Below are positions 35,401 to 48,435 of a stretch of DNA of 58,029 bases, piece by piece; within the stretch, counting starts at the first letter, position 1, and every line of letters begins with the position of its first letter. The position numbers were made by a program, and so were the translations under genes. Source of the DNA: Basidiobolus meristosporus CBS 931.73 (lineage: Eukaryota; Fungi; Basidiobolomycota). The stretch is from assembly GCA_002104905.1 (NCBI GenBank), contig MCFE01000558.1, positions 1-58,029 of the forward strand, given 5' to 3'. Below the pieces are notes generated by a model. It was not told where the DNA came from. It ran no database searches and was given only the letters and a program-made list of their open reading frames with translations.

Positions 35401-38400
35401 CACGGCGAGGGATACATCATAACGAACAATGAAAAGTTATCGCACTACGTGTCCTCGATGACACAACAACACCCTATCGAATCCATGTTCATCGAGAATA
35501 TCATCGATAACTTGAATGCCGAAATTTGCCTAGGGACGGTTACAAATGTCGACGAGGCGGTGACATGGCTAAGTTACACGTATCTCTACGTGAGAATGAA
35601 GAAGAACCCGTTGGTGTACGGGATGAACCATTCCGAGCCGGTCGAGGATCCTTTGCTGGGTTCCCGTCGACGAGATATCATTGTGTCCGCTGCTCAGAAG
35701 CTTCATCAGCTCCAGATGATTATCTTTGACGCAAAAACCGGCTTCCTAACTGCCAAAGATCTGGGTAGAATCGCATCATCCTTTTATCTGCAACACACCA
35801 GTGTAGAGATCTTCAACAACCTAATGAAGCCCAGAATGACGGAGGCTGATGTGTTGGCGATGATCAGTTTGAGTACAGAATTCGACAACATCAAGGTCCG
35901 TGAAGAGGAATCGAAAGAACTGACCGAGCTAGTAGAGTACAATACGGCATGCGCTGTCAAAGGCGGGACAGATAACACTTACGGGAAAGTCAACATCCTT
36001 CTCCAGGCTGGAATTTCTCGAGCTCAGATTGAGGATTTTGCTTTGGTATCGGATTCGGCTTATGTGATGCAGAATGGTGCGCGTATCACTCGGGCCTTAT
36101 TTGAAATCGCGATGAATCGTAACTGGGGGCCAGTTACCGCGGTGCTTCTTTCCATCAACAAATCCATCGATAAAAGAATGTGGTCGTTTGAGCATCCTCT
36201 AGCCCAACTTGGGCTGAATCGTGAACTGATCCAGAAACTCGATGCACATCCACATCGTATAAGCATCGAAGAGATGCGTGATATGACGCCTAACGAGCTT
36301 GGTGAGCTGGTACACCACGTTCGCATGGGGTCCACAATTGCTCATTTTGTAAAGCAGTTCCCAGTGCTAGAGCTCGACGCATCCATCGCACCCATCACCA
36401 GAAATGTTCTCAGGGTGCAGCTGACCATCACCCCCGATTTCGTGTGGAATGACAATGTACATGGATCCGTGGAGCCATGGTGGATTTGGGTGGAAGACGC
36501 GGACAACACCGAGATCTACCATTCAGAGTACTTCTTATTGAGTAAGAGGACCATGAAGGAGGCCCACGTGCTAGGGTTTACGATCCCAGTGTCAGAGCCG
36601 TTGCCAAACCAAATCTTCATCCGAGCAGTGTCGGACAAATGGATAGGCGCGGAGACCTTAATACCCGTTTCATTCAAACACTTGATTCTACCAGAGCTAC
36701 AGCCACAGCACACAGACTTGTTGGACCTCCAGCCATTACCAATCACTGCTTTGCACGACGAGGTGTTGGAGGGGATTTGCGCTAAGCGCTTCTACCACTT
36801 CAATCCAGTTCAGACACAGATCTTCCACACGCTGTATCATACCGAACACAATGCACTCATCGGTGCGCCAACTGGATCCGGCAAGACTGTAGCTGCCGAG
36901 CTTTCCATGTGGGGGGCATTCAAGGCCCATCCAGGCTCTAAGGTGGTCTACATTGCGCCGCTCAAGGCCTTGGTGAGGGAGAGAGTGCAGGACTGGAAAG
37001 CCAGATTAACCGGGCCAATGAACAAAAAACTAGTGGAGCTGACCGGCGACGTGACGCCCGATTTAAAGACGATCCAATCCGCCGACATCATCATCACCAC
37101 ACCAGAGAAATGGGATGGAATCAGTCGTGGCTGGCAAAACAGAAGCTACGTCAAAGCGGTCTCGCTGGTGATCATTGATGAGATCCATTTGCTTGGAGGC
37201 GATCGTGGGCCAATTCTGGAGGTGATTGTCTCCAGAATGAATTACATCGGATCGCAGATCGACAGAAAGGTTCGTATCGTTGGTCTGTCCACGGCATTGG
37301 CCAATGCCACTGATCTTGGGGACTGGCTGGGCATCAAAGAGGTAGGATTGTTCAATTTCCGTCACTCAGTGAGACCGGTTCCTCTTGAGATCTACATCGA
37401 CGGATTCCCAGGCAAGCATTATTGCCCCAGAATGGCGTCCATGAACAAGCCAACTTATGCTGCAATCAAGACCCACTCACCGAACCAACCGGTGATTGTG
37501 TTTGTGTCGTCACGTCGACAAACGCGCCTTACTGCTCAAGATCTAATGGCCTTCTGCGCCATGGAAGATGACCCCCGGCGTTTCTTGCATATTCCTGAAG
37601 ATGAGCTAAATATGCTGCTTCTGCAGGTGCAAAACCCCAACCTCAAATTGTGCCTTGGATTTGGCATCGGGCTGCATCATGCCGGTTTGACCGAGGTGGA
37701 CCGTAAGATTGTCGAGGAGCTTTTCGTCAACCAGAAGATTCAGATCCTGATCGCGACTAGCACCCTTGCCTGGGGAGTCAATTTCCCAGCCCATCTGGTA
37801 GTGGTGAAGGGAACAGAGTTCTTTGATGCAAAGAAGAAAGGATATGTAGATTTCCCAATCACCGATGTGTTGCAAATGATGGGCAGAGCAGGTAAGAACT
37901 ACTCTCAAAGACTCTGTAGCGTGCCGTGCCGGGGACTCCACTAACCCTACCTTTGCCCTCCCCAACTTCTAGGTAGACCACAATTTGATAACACAGGTAT
38001 TGCACGTATCTTTGTCTCCGACTCAAAGAAGAACTTCTACAAGAAATTCCTGCACGAGCCATTCCCAGTCGAGTCCAGCCTCCACCTGCACCTCGAGGAT
38101 CACTTCAGTGCCGAGATCGTTGCGGGAACTATCCGCACCAAACAGGATGCCATGGACTATCTCACATGGACCTATTTCTACCGTCGCTTGAAGATGAACC
38201 CGACCTACTACGGATTGGAGGAGGTTTCCGAGAAGGGAGTGAACCTGTTCTTATCGGAGATGATCGAGAAGTCTTTGGGAGAGTTGGTGAAGTCTTCTTG
38301 TGCAGAGTTCCTGGATGACATCGAGGTAGCCCCCACGGATGCAGGAAAAATCGCCTCCCACTACTACCTTAGCCACATTACCATTCGACAGTTCCTGTCG

Positions 38401-39360
38401 TCGTTGAAGGCCAAGGCCGACTTTGTGAAGATCATGAGGATCCTGTGTGACGCCTACGAGTACGAGGAATTCCCCGTCAGGCACGAAGAGGACCTGATCA
38501 ATAAGGAGCTGGAAAAGGAGCTACCCCATCAAGCGAACCTGCCTTACGACAGCCCCCACGCGAAATCCTTCCTGCTGCTGCAAGCGCACTTCTCACGCCT
38601 TCGCCTACCCATCTCTGACTATATGACCGACACCATCTCGGTCTTGGACCAGTCGATTCGTATATTGCAGGCCATGGTCGACATCGCCGCCACCCAGGGG
38701 TACTTGACTACCTGTCTCGAGGTGATGGCCGTGATGCAGTCCATCAAACAGGGTCGCTGGCCAACCGACCATTCCCTCTTGATGCTGCCTCATCTAAGCC
38801 TGGACCAGATCAACCAGATCACCTTCAAGAACCGCAGCATCAGATGCACGGGTGAGGTCCTGGCGATGGTCGACGGCGAGCTGGAGAAGTCCCTGAGAGC
38901 CATTCGTGGCTTGAACCGAGATCAAACGAATGACATCTTGAGGGCCGTAGGCAGTCTGCCCGTGATGGAGATCAAATACGCGATCCGAGACGCACGGAGC
39001 AGATCCCTCTCTCCAGACACGGAGTATCAACTGGAAGTGACGGTCCACCGCAAGTTCCCCTCCAAGAAGTATCAGCCCAAGGAGACGTATGACGGCCGCG
39101 CGTACTGCGCCAAGTTCGCCAAGCCCCAATATGAGGGCTGGTGGATCGCGCTGGGCGACGCCGAGAACGACGATCTCATGGCCATCCGTAGGATCAGTAT
39201 GCAGTCCGGGCCTGGACAGAGATTCTCGCCCACCAGCACGGTCAGAATGAGCTTCGTCACCCCCGAGGCTCCAGGCACCTACAGACTCACGCTGTTTTTG
39301 ATGTCGGACGCATACATGGGCTTGGATCAACAGTACGACCTGACGCTCAATGTTGAATGA
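32406..39360 (+). CDS. SLH1: Ski2-like tandem-cassette helicase Slh1/ASCC3 (ribosome quality control)
   Basis: Two helicase cassettes ([32 protein letters not shown] and [26 protein letters not shown]), each followed by a Sec63 region. The 5' exons and start are tentative. Confidence 0.95.
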
Positions 39361-39524
39361 GCACCCAGCCAAACCATTGCTAGTAGAACAGGGAATAAAA
39401 TGGGAAAGACAGATGAGATGTTTATGTACTTTGTGTGCATTAGGCCATCGCTAATGGATGTTATTGTATAAGTAAATATTGGAGCATTAAGATTAATTCG
39501 ACTGATTAGGGATTAGGAGGGGGA

Positions 39525-40862
39525 TTAGTATTCTTCCTCAACGTCGTCGTTCTCGTAATCGAGATCTTCCTCGGCGGTGGCGTCCTGGTATTGCTGGTAT
39601 TCGGAGACCAGGTCGTTCATGTTGGATTCGGCCTCGGTGAACTCCATCTCATCCATCCCCTCGCCAGTGTACCAATGCAAGAAGGCCTTGCGGCGGAACA
39701 TCGCGGTGAATTGCTCGTTGACCCGCTTGAACAGCTCTTGGATGGCGGTGGAGTTTCCTAGGAAGGTGACGGCCATCTTGAGGTCCTTGGGTGGGATGTC
39801 GCAGAGGGAGACCTTGATGTTGCTGGGGATCCACTCGACGAAGTAGCTGGAGTTCTTGTGCTGTGCGTTGAGCATCTGGTCGTCGACCTCTTTCATGGAC
39901 ATGTTGCCACGGAACATGGCGGCGCATGTGAGGTACCGGCCGTGGCGTGGGTCGGAGGCGGCCATCATGTTTTTGGCGTCGAACATCTGTTGGGATAGCT
40001 CGGCGACCGAGAAGGACCGGAAATCCTGGGATCCTCGGGAGGTCAATGGGGCGAAGCCAACCATGAAGAAGTGGAGACGAGGGAAAGGAACCATGTTGAC
40101 CGCAGTCTTTCTCAGGTCGGAGTTCAATTGTCCGGGGAACCGTAGGGAGGTGGTGGTTCCGCTCATGACGTTGGACACGAGGTGGTTCAAGTCTCCGTAG
40201 GAGGGGTTGGTGAGCTTCAGGGTGCGGAAGCAAATGTCATACAACGCTTCGTTATCAATGCAGAAGGTCATGTCGGAGTTCTCGACCAATTGATGAACCG
40301 AGAGGGTGGCGTTGTAAGGCTCCACCACTGTATCCGAGACCTTTGGGGAGGGCACGACTGAGTAGGTGCACATTATACGATCGGGGTACTCCTCGCGGAT
40401 TTTGGAGAGAAGGAGAGTGCCTAGGCCAGAGCCGGTGCCACCGCCAAGGGAATGGGCCACCTGGAAGCCTTGAAGGCAGTCGCAGTTTTCTGCTTCCTTG
40501 CGAACAACGTCGAGCACAGCGTCAACCAGCTCTGCACCTTCTGTGTAATGGCCCTTGGCCCAGTTGTTGCCGGCACCACTTTGGCCATAGATCATGTTGT
40601 CGGGACGGAAAAGGCCGCCCATGGAGGAGCCACGGATGTTGTCCATGGTTCCAGGCTCGAGGTCGACCAAGACAGCGCGGGGAACATACTTTGCGGAGGC
40701 GGCCTCGTTGTAGTAGACATTGATTCTCTCCAACTGGATATCGGAGTCCCCATAGTATGCACCAGAGCCATCGATGCCGTGCTCGGCGGAGATGGTCTCC
40801 CAGAACTTGTGGCCAATCTGGTTACCGCATTGACCAGCTTGCACCTGAATAATCTCTCTCAT
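39525..40862 (-). CDS. TUB2: Beta-tubulin, divergent and intronless
   Basis: 445 aa; MREI start, [18 protein letters not shown], acidic tail. Confidence 0.98.
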   Translation of the reverse strand: MREIIQVQAGQCGNQIGHKFWETISAEHGIDGSGAYYGDSDIQLERINVYYNEAASAKYVPRAVLVDLEPGTMDNIRGSSMGGLFRPDNMIYGQSGAGNNWAKGHYTEGAELVDAVLDVVRKEAENCDCLQGFQVAHSLGGGTGSGLGTLLLSKIREEYPDRIMCTYSVVPSPKVSDTVVEPYNATLSVHQLVENSDMTFCIDNEALYDICFRTLKLTNPSYGDLNHLVSNVMSGTTTSLRFPGQLNSDLRKTAVNMVPFPRLHFFMVGFAPLTSRGSQDFRSFSVAELSQQMFDAKNMMAASDPRHGRYLTCAAMFRGNMSMKEVDDQMLNAQHKNSSYFVEWIPSNIKVSLCDIPPKDLKMAVTFLGNSTAIQELFKRVNEQFTAMFRRKAFLHWYTGEGMDEMEFTEAESNMNDLVSEYQQYQDATAEEDLDYENDDVEEEY

Positions 40863-41538
40863 TGCGGGTGGTTAGGTAGTTAAAGAAGCGAGTGAAGGAG
40901 TAGGAAAAGAAAGGGGTATGGCTTTCTAGCGGCCAACGCAGCAGCCTTTATACTCTGTGTAATCCATCGAGAATTAGCGTTGCATAAATGCTGGCTGATT
41001 GGTCGAAATGCAAATGCAATCAACCATTATGCTACTCCAGGTACCAATTAGTTTTCACTGAGCCTGATTGTGGTTGAAGGCTAGCTAGTCGACGTTACCA
41101 ACCATTGAAATTGGGTGGTTGGGTTGGCCATTTCCTATGGCTAAAAATAGCAGTCAAGCGGTTTTTGGCGAAGCCGCCTCCCTTGAAGCACGGTGTCCGA
41201 CAGGATTGTCTTCCCCGTGTGGATTCCGTAAGAATATGAACAGAAGGTGGCAGATGTGGACTTGGGACAGTACAAAAGTATCTCCGTGAGTGTCGAAATA
41301 AAAACAGTTTAATGAAACATGTACACAATATCACGCATTTGAAGGGACAGGCATCCTCCAGCATCTGTCTCGACCTTGCTCGTGGACCAGGAGAAGGAAG
41401 CTCTTTAAATTATATCTTGGGTCACTGAGCTCCACCTTGCGGGGACGACTGTTGAAACGAATCACTTCCAGTGGACGAAGAGTAATGTACAAAAGCAGTT
41501 AGAATGGGAGCAGGAAGAGTGGCTGACCCCTCACGCGC

Positions 41539-43003
41539 TCAAAGAGAGCTGCGACTAGGCGTAAGGTAATGTGGAAGATCTATTGAAACCTCGTGAACTA
41601 TGAGCAGCGGAAGCTCAACCACAATGGAACTGCCAGAGGTTGGTCAGGTTATCCACTTCCGAACAATCAATCAAGGAGGCCTTACTTGATGGTGCGGATT
41701 AAGGTTACTTTGATTACGTAGGAGACATCCAGTAGGCGGGACCTTCTCACCGTTATAGCGTCAATCTAGGTGAAACCAAGTTAGTGCAGGCTGAGTATCG
41801 ATTGAGAATGGGTCCTCTACCGGAATATGCAGCCCAAGTGTGCAGTCTCGCTCCACTCCGCCATCAAGGCCCACCAGAACGGACTTGCTTTTGCATACTT
41901 GGCTCGTCAGCGTAGTTTGATAGGCAACGACGGGCTGAGCCAGATTCTTTGCCGAGTATGCTTTGAAGCACTGGACCAAAGAGAGCTTGATTGCCGAGAT
42001 CTATGCCAAAGCGAAGAAATTCAGTCTCCTTCCTGGGCCCAATACGGCCTTCCCTGTGCATACCTTTCGTCGAGTTTCGTTCCGAATTCGAATCCCAATT
42101 GGCACCTCCCTACCGGAAGGCCATACCTGTCTTGGCAGGAAACACTGAACCCTGAGCAATCCCTTGCCCCCAAGAAAGATCTGGCGTTGACATTCGGCGG
42201 TCACCGGCACTCGTAGCAAGTGCTGCAGGTCCATGGAAGGCTCTATGCCCTCATATACTGTGGCCTCCTGATGCGTGACCAAGCATCTCTTTCTGTTGTG
42301 GAACATCAGCTCGACTGAGCTGCTCAAAGGTCAGTAATGGGCCCATCGGATCGGCGGGACTACTTTCCTACCTGGCAAGGATGTACCGGATCTCGGAGAA
42401 CGGGTTGGAGAATACGCTTGGGATGGTTTGTGGCAGATCCAGTGTAAACGGAAGATAGATCTTTCCCTTCTTGGCTGGCCACATCCCATCCTCCCCGGGA
42501 GGCTCTGTGGAGATCTCAGGGGCAGGCCCTACTTCGGCAGACTGCAGGATGGTGGGCAATGCCAGGAATATGTGCCGGTTACATCGGGTGGATACTCCCC
42601 GTTTGATGTTTGGTCGGTCGACGATTTCTAGTCAAATGGGCCCGGTGAGTAGTGCTGTCTGGCACAAGGCCATCAGTGAGGAAATACCTTCAAAGCCTAT
42701 CACCTCGACGCCGATTCTGCCGATGCGCAGCTTGGGCTCTGGCGAGCATTCTACTTCTAGTTGGCCCCGAATTGCAAACCCTCCCACGCAGAGTGGATTG
42801 TTAAGATGGATCTTTGTTTTGACTCTGGGATGTCTGGTGGTGATGTTGTTTGCGTGCAGGCTTAGGGAAGTCGGGCTTCTAGGCTCTGGTGGGATGCCAT
42901 GCGTATCGTTGCGGACCGAGGTCGTCGTCGCATGGATGCTGTCCTCTGCGGCAGGTTTCGTTGCTTGTTGGCTGATATTCGGCTTCCATCGAAGCGGATT
43001 CAT
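41539..43003 (-). CDS. Arrestin-like adaptor protein (arrestin N/C-like folds), multi-exon
   Basis: Spliced reading: GGFAIRGQLEVEC..RIGRIGVEVIGFE, LPFTLDLPQTIPS, GGKGLLRVQCFLPRQVWPSG..IRIRNETRRK, LLDVSYVIKVTL, SIVVELPLLIVH. Confidence 0.7.
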
Positions 43004-43296
43004 CGCAGAGACAGTTGGAAGGGGCCAAGGGAAAGCCCTATAAAGTAGGGACGTTGAGACACCCACAATGGGATTCGTGACAATCGTCCTATTGTTTAAT
43101 GTCCGAGGGATTGTAGCATTCTATTTTGTATGCACGGAAAGACTGCTATTCGTCTGGATTGACTGTTTCTCCTATCCTGTTATTGGTGATTAGTTTAGGC
43201 GACCAGTTAAGTGAGATTTGGAGTTGCGTACTCATCGCCTAGATTTATGCCGCACAACGACCTTTGCACATACAAAATGCTCCTTTGATTTCTACC

Positions 43297-44805
43297 ATGA
43301 CCACTAGGTTCTCAAAGTTCTCCTATTTATTCACCGGGGTCACCGTAGCCATAGCTACCTTTGGCCTGTTAAGATACTACACAAGACCCAAGCGTAAATA
43401 CAGAAAGCCAATCAGAAACAATGTGAACATCCCCCTGATGGAGTATGACGAGGACGACGCTCAGTACCAGGAAAGCCAGAATCTGCTGAACCTCCTGTAC
43501 TCCATCGCCGAAGATCAGTCACGAAAAGGTACCACCCCCTCCCCCCCCTTTGCCGTGCCTGATAGCTAACCAGACCTTTCGCTGCCCTTGCGCGCGCTCT
43601 GACGCTGGATAGATGGCTACATACATCGTAAGTTTCCTTCCAAGAGATGCTCAGGAACTGTTTGATTGAAACGTGCCCCTTCCCCAGGAGGAATCACCTG
43701 CAATAATTGCGGGACCAGTCCAATCCGTGGGTTGCGATTCAAATGCTCCAATTGCGTAGACTACGATCTCTGCGAAACCTGCGAGGCCCAGGAATGCCAC
43801 AACAAAACCCACATCTTCCTGAAGATCCGGATCCCAATCCCGCCCCTTGCCAACCCACGCTCCGCCCTGCTCAACGTCTTCTACCCAGGTAACGCGGCCC
43901 TTTGGCCCCTCGTGCGACATCAGACTCACCCTCCCACCTAGGAAAATTCAACATCGCCTCTAGCCTGCCGTACGAGCTGTCTCGGGACCTGCAGAAGAAA
44001 ACACATTGTACGTTGGACCCCATCCTCGATTGAGCTGCGAAACAGCGCTAACAACCATGTTGCCCGTAGTTGACCAAGTGGAGCTGGAGGCGCTTTTCGA
44101 CCAATTCAAGTCCCTGGCCACAGCCGAAGGGGAGGGGATTGTGAAGCCCGTGTTCGAGCAATGCCTGGGCCCGCTGGGGATGGAGAAGAACCTGATCACC
44201 GAGCGGATCTTCAAGTTCTTCGACCAGAACGAGGACGGGCTGATCGATTTCACGGAGTTCGTGAGCGGCCTCTCCATCCTCTGCAAAGGAAACCTGGAGG
44301 AGAAGATTATTCGTAAGTGCAGCCCCATTGATCTTCCTGGCCAGCGGCTCATGGGTTTTTCGTAGATGCGTTCCGTGGGTACGACATCGATGGAGACGGC
44401 CTGATCAAGCGCGACGAGCTGCGCAAGGTGATCAGCGCCTACTTCCATTTGAGCACGGAGCTGGTTCGGGACGTGGTGAAGGCGATGGACGAGGAGATGA
44501 TGGAGAGCTTCGAGTTTCTGCCCGGGCAGCCGGTCTCCGCCGCGTTCACTGCGCCCATCCCCACCGACGAACTCCCCGCGAACTACTCGAAGAACAGCGA
44601 GATGCTGCCCACCCTTGACGACGACGACGAGAAATGGCCGGTGATGGAGGCGATGAGCCAGGATGCCATGGACGAGATGATCGACAAGGCGTTCAGCTTC
44701 GAGTCCGCGTGCAAGGAGTTCATCACCTTCGAAGAGTTCCGGAAACTAGTCGAAAACGATTCCCGACTCATCGCCTGGTTCGAGGCACTCGGCTCTGTAT
44801 TCTGA
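43297..44805 (+). CDS. ZZ-type zinc finger plus EF-hand calcium-binding protein with an N-terminal hydrophobic segment
   Basis: CNNCGTSPIRGLRFKCSNCVDYDLCETCE..H..H (ZZ); EF loops DQNEDGLIDFTE and DIDGDGLIKRDE. Confidence 0.88.
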
Positions 44806-45090
44806 GCCGCTCCCTAACCATAGTTTCGCCATGTGTAGATCGGTTTTGTATTATTATATCTTCTCCAGTGGCTCCCCACTTGGTTCCACTTTATTTGGAG
44901 GAACGGTCGGCGGAGGCCGCTCGGGTTCAGGAATAAAAGTTTCTCTCGCGACAGTGCATATTATTGGCAACCTACAACAAACGGTGTAGCCTCGTTGGAT
45001 GGTTTATTGACCGAAATACAGGGCCTCTAAAGAGAGTTGCTTATGAAGTGAAGTGCAGGTGAATAGAGTTGGGGGAAGGAGAATGCCGAT

Positions 45091-45378
45091 TTACAGAAGC
45101 TTGCCTAGTCTAGCAAGATGGTAGTTGATGGTGTTGGGCTTCTTCGGTTTGTTGGGCTGGTTGGGAGAGGTTAGTAGCGAACTCAACAGGGAGAATTGGT
45201 ACTCGAGGAAACTTACAGAATTCTTCATACACGCCATCACTGCCTTGGCAGACTCGGCGCATTTCGGGTTGTCGGGGGTGAATGAGGACCAGCAGTTGAG
45301 AAGCATGGTGACCTCAGCGACACAAGGGCTCTCGGCGATGACCTTGCGGGGCTTGACCTTAAGATACTTGAGTTTCAT
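45091..45378 (-). CDS. MRP10: Mitochondrial small-subunit ribosomal protein mS37 (CHCH), two exons
   Basis: Twin CX9C (C..CW..C..CM) and NTINYHLARL. Confidence 0.85.
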   Translation of the reverse strand: MKLKYLKVKPRKVIAESPCVAEVTMLLNCWSSFTPDNPKCAESAKAVMACMKNSVSFLEYQFSLLSSLLTSPNQPNKPKKPNTINYHLARLGKLL

Positions 45379-45767
45379 TGGGAGGAGTAAACGGTGCCAG
45401 AGGAAGCTTCCTAACTACAATGCAAGGTTGGTCAAGAAAACGTCTCGACTTTCGGGTGGGTGGTCAATCGCGAAAGTTTTTCATCGATTGATTTTGAGCC
45501 ACTTCCCTCCCCTACCTTTCAACCGTATCAACCCCACTTCAAAATTTTTCCACCTGATCTCCGACGTCTCGTTAAACCCACGTTTAAGCAGGATCCCGCC
45601 AAGGTGATTAAGAAAATGTCCACATTTACGTCATGTTCCTAACAATGTGGGCGGACTATCAGATGATCCGATTGCTCCTGCCAAATCGATGGGTGTAAGT
45701 CCTACTCCCATCCAGTTTCCCTCGTTATATTGTTATCTTTTCGACTCTACTCACGGGTGAGAAAACC

Positions 45768-47068
45768 ATGGCGAAAGGGGACTACGATGTCGTTATGAAG
45801 AGTGATAATGTTTGTTGCATTTGATAGAGGCATACCGTGGCAGAGATAGCGGTCGTTAACCCAAGTTTGTCTCCCACCGTAGGATCTTGAATTTCAAGGT
45901 AAGCTTCGGTTGCTGCTGACCTAGGCTGGCGCTTAAGGTGACCTTCTGAGCCAGATTTCACCGATTCCACCTCAAACTTCGACTCGACTGCGAACACCAG
46001 CAAGCCCACCGCAAACAGCACCAGCAATACCGACAACCAAGGTTCGAGTTCCCTCGCTGATTCGAAGCTCCCCTAATACCCGTGTTTAACGGCATCTTTC
46101 TTGACAAAAGGCTTCACCAACGCCTCGTTCTTTGGCCAGCCCACGCAAAACGAGCCGCCCAAAAAGGTGTCGGTGTGGTCGGTCGACTTCTACGCGCCTT
46201 ATTTCAACATCGACACCATCCAAGTAAGTAGGGCCACGGCCCAGGGGGATTCTAGCCCGACTGTGCATTAAAGGGGTGCACACCTGTAGGTAGCGAAACG
46301 GATGCTGGAGAGCGTGATTCCGTTCAAAACGAATTTCATCAGCGATATCGACGATAGCCCGGACTTGTACGGTAGGCCCTCTAGCTGTCCCCTCGAAATC
46401 TCCGCGTGGTTGCTGACCGAGTGTTCCCAGGGCCATTCTGGATCCCCACCACAGTTATCTTCGCGATCTTCGTGACATCCTCCCTGTCCGAATCGATCGT
46501 AGCGTACATCTCCGACCAGCCTCACATGTACGACTTCAACTTGTTGTGGTTTAGCGCGGTCACCGTCTACGTGTACGTCACAGTTGTTCCGGCCATCTTC
46601 TGGATTCTTACCAAATGGCTTGGCTGTCAACCGTCCCTTCTGGAGATCCTTAACGTGTACGGATACGCCCTCTCCATCTGGATCCCCATCTCGGTAAGAG
46701 GACTCTTCCTTGCGGAAACACGGAGCCTGCCTAACACCAACTCTAGGTAGTCTGTATCATCCCCAATGAAGTCGTGAGATGGTCGCTGGTGGGTGCTGGG
46801 TTTGGAACTTCCGGTAAGTTTGTACGGCCTTCCTCGCCTCGCCGGGTTCGCGACCCCTAACCCATCTATTCCAGGGTTTTTCATGTGCCGAAGCATGTAC
46901 AAGGTGATCTCCCGGTCGGAAAGATTTTTCCCCAAGCTGCTGATTCTCTTTATCCTGGCTGCGCACGCTGCACTGGCATTCGTCTTCAAGTTCAAGTTCT
47001 ATTCGTACACCATCAACTTCAAGGTGATCAGAGACATGACCGACAACATCCTAGACAGCGCGCAGTAG
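45768..47068 (+). CDS. Yip1-domain Golgi membrane protein (YIPF1/2-like), multi-exon
   Basis: WSVDFYAPYFNIDT, PDLYGPFWIPTTVIFAIF, YGYALSIWIPIS; several transmembrane segments. Confidence 0.88.
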
Positions 47069-48384
47069 CCTCTCCACCATCTCCCCTTTATTTGTCATTT
47101 GATGATGTTGATACACGTACACATGAATTAAATGCTCCTTGTTTCGATCAATCTGGTTCGATGGAAGCGACACGAAATAGTCAAGTGGTGACGTTTATGT
47201 AACATATTCTAGGAAATCGATTAGCGTATGCTTGTGCATCCCTACCATCGGGCAAGTGGCGAATGCATAGTACAGAAATGAAGACCAAGCGGACACTCCA
47301 CCGACGACCAACAGGAACGTCAGCACTCGAAGCATTGCTCCTTGAAAATGCCCCTAGATCTGAGTAAATAATGTTGACCAGCGAGTCGTTTTGCATGCCA
47401 AAATAATTCCCAGATTTGGTTAATCATTCTTGAGGTAGCAAGCTCGTGGATCGTCTGAATGACGGCGCCACATTTTGAATGTTGGTGTTGGATGCACCGG
47501 TCGACAGCGAATATATTCTCCACAGTAGCCTCTCATTTGTATTGGCCAAGATCCGAGTTGATTCGGTGCAAGGGTAAAGATGTGCACAGCAAAATCTGGG
47601 CTCCGGGTGTTGTGTTAATCCAAAGTCAAATCATTCGAATTTGGCTCTCCAACATCTTCCCACTGTTCAAACCTCCAGGCACAGTCAATTAGAATTGAGT
47701 CCTCTCTGGTAGCAACCATCACCTTGTATACGTACACGTGTTCATCAAGATAACGTACGAAGGAGAGCACCTCTTGGCTTGAAAATAGGCAAATGATTTA
47801 ACCCTGAAACATGTATCACGCTCTTAAATAGCTGGTTTCCCTTACTTGAGGGGAAATCCGATTGTAGTTTCTGGTTTGGGCTGTCGTCAGTAGTTACGTG
47901 ATCCAAGTGGTGAGGGAGAGGTGAGCTTGATTTTGTATGAGGCTGCTTTGCGAGTGTTCTATGTTGTGTGCTGAACGGGTGTCGGTGGAGTTTGAGTTTT
48001 GATGGCAGAAGGATCACATATGATACGATATTTACTCGCCGGGAAGATCCTTGTAAACAAACCTAACAACAAGCAGTGGCACATACGGTTGGACAACCGT
48101 TCCTTTCCTACTTCACTCCATCTAGGTAGGGAGTGTATTGAAACTGGTCACGTGCGGGTTTTCTTTCTGTCAACGGAAGGTTTGCTGCAGCATGTTACGA
48201 TGGGAAATATGCATCTAAATACATGGAGGCAGGTATGAAGAATGCGGGGGAATAAGGTTGAGTCCACACAATAGACAGATTTCATATTCATCAAGATGTG
48301 CCTTGGCTTACTGAGACACCACTGGAGTGAAAAAGGGGCAGTAAGGGAGGGTGTGGGGTACCCCATACTTTCCTCCGAAGTGAG

Positions 48385-48390
48385 TATAAA
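48385..48390 (+). promoter_or_regulatory. Candidate TATA box of the Gly/Asn repeat gene
   Basis: TATAAA about 50 bp upstream of ATG 48436. Confidence 0.45.
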
Positions 48391-48435
48391 TTGATCAAGA
48401 CACTCACTTGGCAGCATATCTCTCTCAACAACAAA

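Noticed and set aside
39577-40883. Several overlapping ORFs on both strands
   Set aside because: GC-rich codon shadows of beta-tubulin.
47100-48300. Possible small membrane-protein gene on the minus strand (MLRVLTFLLVVGGVSAWSSFLYYAF)
   Set aside because: No consistent exon chain or recognisable domain could be built by eye.
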